Assembly: GCA_035193785.1 (NCBI GenBank) | Contig: CP136572.1 | Coordinates: forward strand, 3,636,578 to 3,700,577 | DNA: 64,000 nt | Direction: 5' to 3' | From: Planktothrix sp. GU0601_MAG3 | GTDB taxonomy: Bacteria; Cyanobacteriota; Cyanobacteriia; Cyanobacteriales; Microcoleaceae | Notes under the pieces: generated by a model | What the model saw: the letters and a program-made list of their open reading frames with translations, nothing else | The model's database searches: none | Told to the model about the DNA's origin: nothing | Shown here: in pieces, positions 58,266 through 64,000 of the stretch | Layout of the letters: each line of letters starts with the position of its first letter | Numbering within the stretch: position 1 is the first letter of the stretch | Position numbers and translations under genes: made by a program

Positions 58266-58395
58266 AGAAATCACCGATACTAGGATTTTGGATTCATTAG
58301 TAACAAAATAGCAATAAAACGAGAAGATACGAAGGAATTGTTTAAAATAGAGAGTATCAACCAAGTTTCAAATTATTAAAAAACTTAAATACACT

Positions 58396-59562
58396 ATGAA
58401 AATTTTAGGTAAAGCTACTTTGATGGGAACCCAAAGATATCGAGAACGCCATCAGCAAGACTGTCTCGCTGCTCATTTTCGAGAAGCCAATGATTGGGTT
58501 GTCAGTTCGATCGGTATTGGCACTTATTTAGGAGCCGCAGACTCCCGAACGGATGATCTGGTCACTGAAGCAATTATCGAGTCAGTTAACAATGGAATTA
58601 ATCTGATTGATACCGCAATTAATTATCGTTATATGCACGCTGAATGGAGTACAAGTTATGCTTTACGCGCTTTAATCCGGGATGAAGTTATCTCCAGAGA
58701 TGAATTGATTATTTGTACGAAAGGAGGTTTCATTCCCGATTTAGATCGAATCAGTTGGTTTTATTCTCGATATATTGAAAACAGTAGATTTTCGATTGAA
58801 CCCGAGGATTTAGTTGCAGAATGTCACTGTTTACACCCGGAATATATTTGGGATCAACTGGAGCACAGCTTGGATAATTTGGGAGTAGAAACGATTGATA
58901 TTTATTATCTTCATAACCCAGAAATGCAATTATCTGAAGTTGCGCCAGAAATTTTTTATCACCGTTTAAGGCTGGCATTTGAAGTATTAGAAAAAGCTGT
59001 TAGTCAAGGAAAAATTAGTAGCTATGGGTTAGCCACTTGGGATGGCTTTCGAGTCCCGCCAGCCCACCCCAACCATCTTGATTTAGCTAAGATTAAGGCG
59101 ATCTCAACTCAAGTGGCCCCCAATGGCGCGGATCATTTCAAATTTATTCAGTTACCCTTCAATGCCACCATGCTAGAGGCGTTAGTTAAACCGACGCAAC
59201 AAATCAAGCGGGTATGGCTCCCCATCCTAGCAGCAGCAGAGCGTTTAGGTCTATCAGTGATTTCTAGTGCCTCCATCGGCCAGACTAAAGCCGTTGGACA
59301 CATTCCAGAAGCCCTGGAGGGGATACTTCATCAAACCCCGTTAACGCCGACCTTGCAAGCCCTTCAGTTTACCCGTTCCTGTCCCAAATTACTAACCGCC
59401 TTAGTCGGGATGAAAACAATTGATCACGTCACAGAAAATTCAGCCCTGACTCGGATTAAACCCCTAGCTACCAAATTCTATAAAGCTTTAGCTACCGCCA
59501 GTAATGAGATGGGTTTCTTAATCCGGCCAGCAGAATTTTTCTGGGGAATAGTTAAAGATTAG
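58396..59562 (+). CDS. Aldo/keto reductase
   Basis: SIGIGT, IDTAINY, TKGG, IDIYYLHNP. Confidence 0.87.
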   Translation: MKILGKATLMGTQRYRERHQQDCLAAHFREANDWVVSSIGIGTYLGAADSRTDDLVTEAIIESVNNGINLIDTAINYRYMHAEWSTSYALRALIRDEVISRDELIICTKGGFIPDLDRISWFYSRYIENSRFSIEPEDLVAECHCLHPEYIWDQLEHSLDNLGVETIDIYYLHNPEMQLSEVAPEIFYHRLRLAFEVLEKAVSQGKISSYGLATWDGFRVPPAHPNHLDLAKIKAISTQVAPNGADHFKFIQLPFNATMLEALVKPTQQIKRVWLPILAAAERLGLSVISSASIGQTKAVGHIPEALEGILHQTPLTPTLQALQFTRSCPKLLTALVGMKTIDHVTENSALTRIKPLATKFYKALATASNEMGFLIRPAEFFWGIVKD

Positions 59563-59608
59563 TTACAATTGGTGATTGAATATTATGTATGATTAAACAA
59601 TCTTAGTA

Positions 59609-60574
59609 ATGGAGAGATTGGCCCTGACTGATTTGTGCGGTGAAAACTTGGTTTCAACTTCTCCGACAGTCTGGCGTCCACAGCTATCAATCGGCGTTTT
59701 TCTGCCGACCGTGGGGCTGGCGAGTGTCGTCATGTCTCATTTGCAAAATGATAGCTATACGGCAGTGCAAATCCAGTCTGTTGAAAAATTCCTCCAATTC
59801 ATGGCTCAAGAAAGACACCAACTCGATTGTATCGTTCTTGAGGATAATCCAGATTTGCTCATCCTTAGTCAACATCTTCATGAGCAATCTCTGTCAGTTC
59901 CGGTGGTCATTATTACATCACAATCCCAACCTACAGACACTTTAACTCAAACAACTACTAATCCTTCTGACACTGGCAAACCTGAAGAAGATTCTTCACG
60001 GTATTTGTACCACTGTACCGAGGTACGAATCACAGATCATCAACTGAATCAAATTTCAGGCTATATTGACCAAGCCATTAGTCAGTTTATTACCCATGCG
60101 ATTACGGCTCGCCTCACCGAAGAGTCTACGGGGAGCAATGCTCCTACAGAGCTAACAAATTTTATTATCCGTCAACAACGTCGCCTGGTGAGTAAACTCC
60201 ATGAGCGACTAGGATATTTGGGTGTTTACTATAAAAGAAGTCCCCAGAATTTTATCCGTAATCTTGCTCCTACAGAACGTCAGGAGTTTATTGATCAGTT
60301 AAAAACAAAATATCGCCAGATTGTTCTGAGTTATTTCTCCGCCGATCAAAGTTTGAATAATAAAATTGATGAATATGTAAACTTAGCTTTTTTTGCTGAT
60401 GTTCCAGTCACCAGAATTGTAGAAATTCACATGGAATTGATGGATAATTTTGCTAAACAGCTTAAATTAGAAGGGAGAAGCGAAGATGTTTTATTGGACT
60501 ATCGATTGACATTAATTGATACGATTGCCCATTTATGTGAAATGTACCGTCGCTCAATTCCTAGGGATTCTTAA
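59609..60574 (+). CDS. kaiA: Circadian clock protein KaiA (full length; exact start uncertain)
   Basis: ERLGYLGVYYKR, LLDYRLTLID, HLCEMYRRSIPR. Confidence 0.95.
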   Translation: MERLALTDLCGENLVSTSPTVWRPQLSIGVFLPTVGLASVVMSHLQNDSYTAVQIQSVEKFLQFMAQERHQLDCIVLEDNPDLLILSQHLHEQSLSVPVVIITSQSQPTDTLTQTTTNPSDTGKPEEDSSRYLYHCTEVRITDHQLNQISGYIDQAISQFITHAITARLTEESTGSNAPTELTNFIIRQQRRLVSKLHERLGYLGVYYKRSPQNFIRNLAPTERQEFIDQLKTKYRQIVLSYFSADQSLNNKIDEYVNLAFFADVPVTRIVEIHMELMDNFAKQLKLEGRSEDVLLDYRLTLIDTIAHLCEMYRRSIPRDS

Positions 60575-60636
60575 TCAACAAACTATCATTCATCAAACTA
60601 TCATTCATTGTTATTATAAATAATAATTACAAAACT

Positions 60637-60667
60637 AGAGCAATCTTTAGATTAAAAGACTGCTCTG
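60637..60667. terminator. Hairpin between kaiA and the 23S 3' end; second hairpin at ~60705-60736
   Basis: AGAGCAATCTTT...AAAGACTGCTCT. Confidence 0.5.
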
Positions 60668-60783
60668 TTTGAATTTATTTAGTTCATTTGATTAATGATC
60701 ACAACCTCCCAAATCCTAAGCATAGGATTAAGAGGGAAATCAGAAACACTGAAGATTGCAGAGAAACTGGAGTAGTGTAAATG

Positions 60784-63670
<2,887 letters not shown>

Positions 63671-63996
63671 ACTTAACTTTCTTTCTGTTTTTTGGTTTGT
63701 GGTTAGTTCTCTCGCCTTGGGGTCGGTTTCCCTTCCTCCGGGCTGGGAGTTCTAACTACGAACTACTGCCAGTTTTTGTTTCTCTGCAATTTTCAAGGTT
63801 CTGTCTGGACTTGATTGTCCAGCATTCTGGCTTCTTTTTCATGGAAGCTAGGTGCTGAATTGTCCTCGGTTTTGAACCAGACTTAGGAGTTTGAAAGCTT
63901 CTGTCGATTTTTCATTTTGCTCGTAACGACCTTGGGATGACTTTTGAGGGTGTTATGTTTTGGATTGAACACTCGACTCAAAAGTAGGTCTCCCTA
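63671..63996 (-). other. 16S-23S ITS without tRNA genes; 16S 3' end lies at the window edge
   Basis: Minus strand ...CTTTTAGGGAGACCTAC (D1), TTTCAAACT (D2), box B CAGCA..TGCTG, box A GAACCTTGAAAA; no cloverleaf. Confidence 0.8.
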
Positions 63997-64000
63997 AAAG

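Overview
Chromosomal segment of a cyanobacterium: frequent HIP1 octamers (GCGATCGC), psaC, psb30, chlH, ycf54, kaiA, Rubisco activase-like gene and 7-bp STRR repeats. It is probably a filamentous Oscillatoriales such as Planktothrix, which is inference only. Most of it is housekeeping (folD-crtE, pdxJ, two tandem ftsH, bioU, ureEFGDA, htrA, cry-DASH, glmS, hdrB), plus two tRNAs and the 3' part of an rRNA operon on the minus strand. Accessory content: a small AT-rich restriction-modification/defence-like island (0.7-4.7 kb), a REP-associated tyrosine transposase with a tandem REP array, a second REP array inside the urease cluster, and an exonuclease-ATPase fusion. The strongest hidden signal is that all 24 coding frameshifts I traced, plus one site in 23S rRNA and one in a UTR hairpin, are the same event: a single extra base turning GAAC/GTTC into GAAAC/GTTTC. 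That 4-mer is the classical Dnd DNA phosphorothioation motif, so the apparent pseudogenes are most likely sequencing errors that footprint a DNA modification. No dnd genes lie in this window. Also notable: the rRNA operon has no 5S gene and no ITS tRNAs and abuts an orphan kaiA. Coordinates of frameshifted genes are given for the repaired gene.
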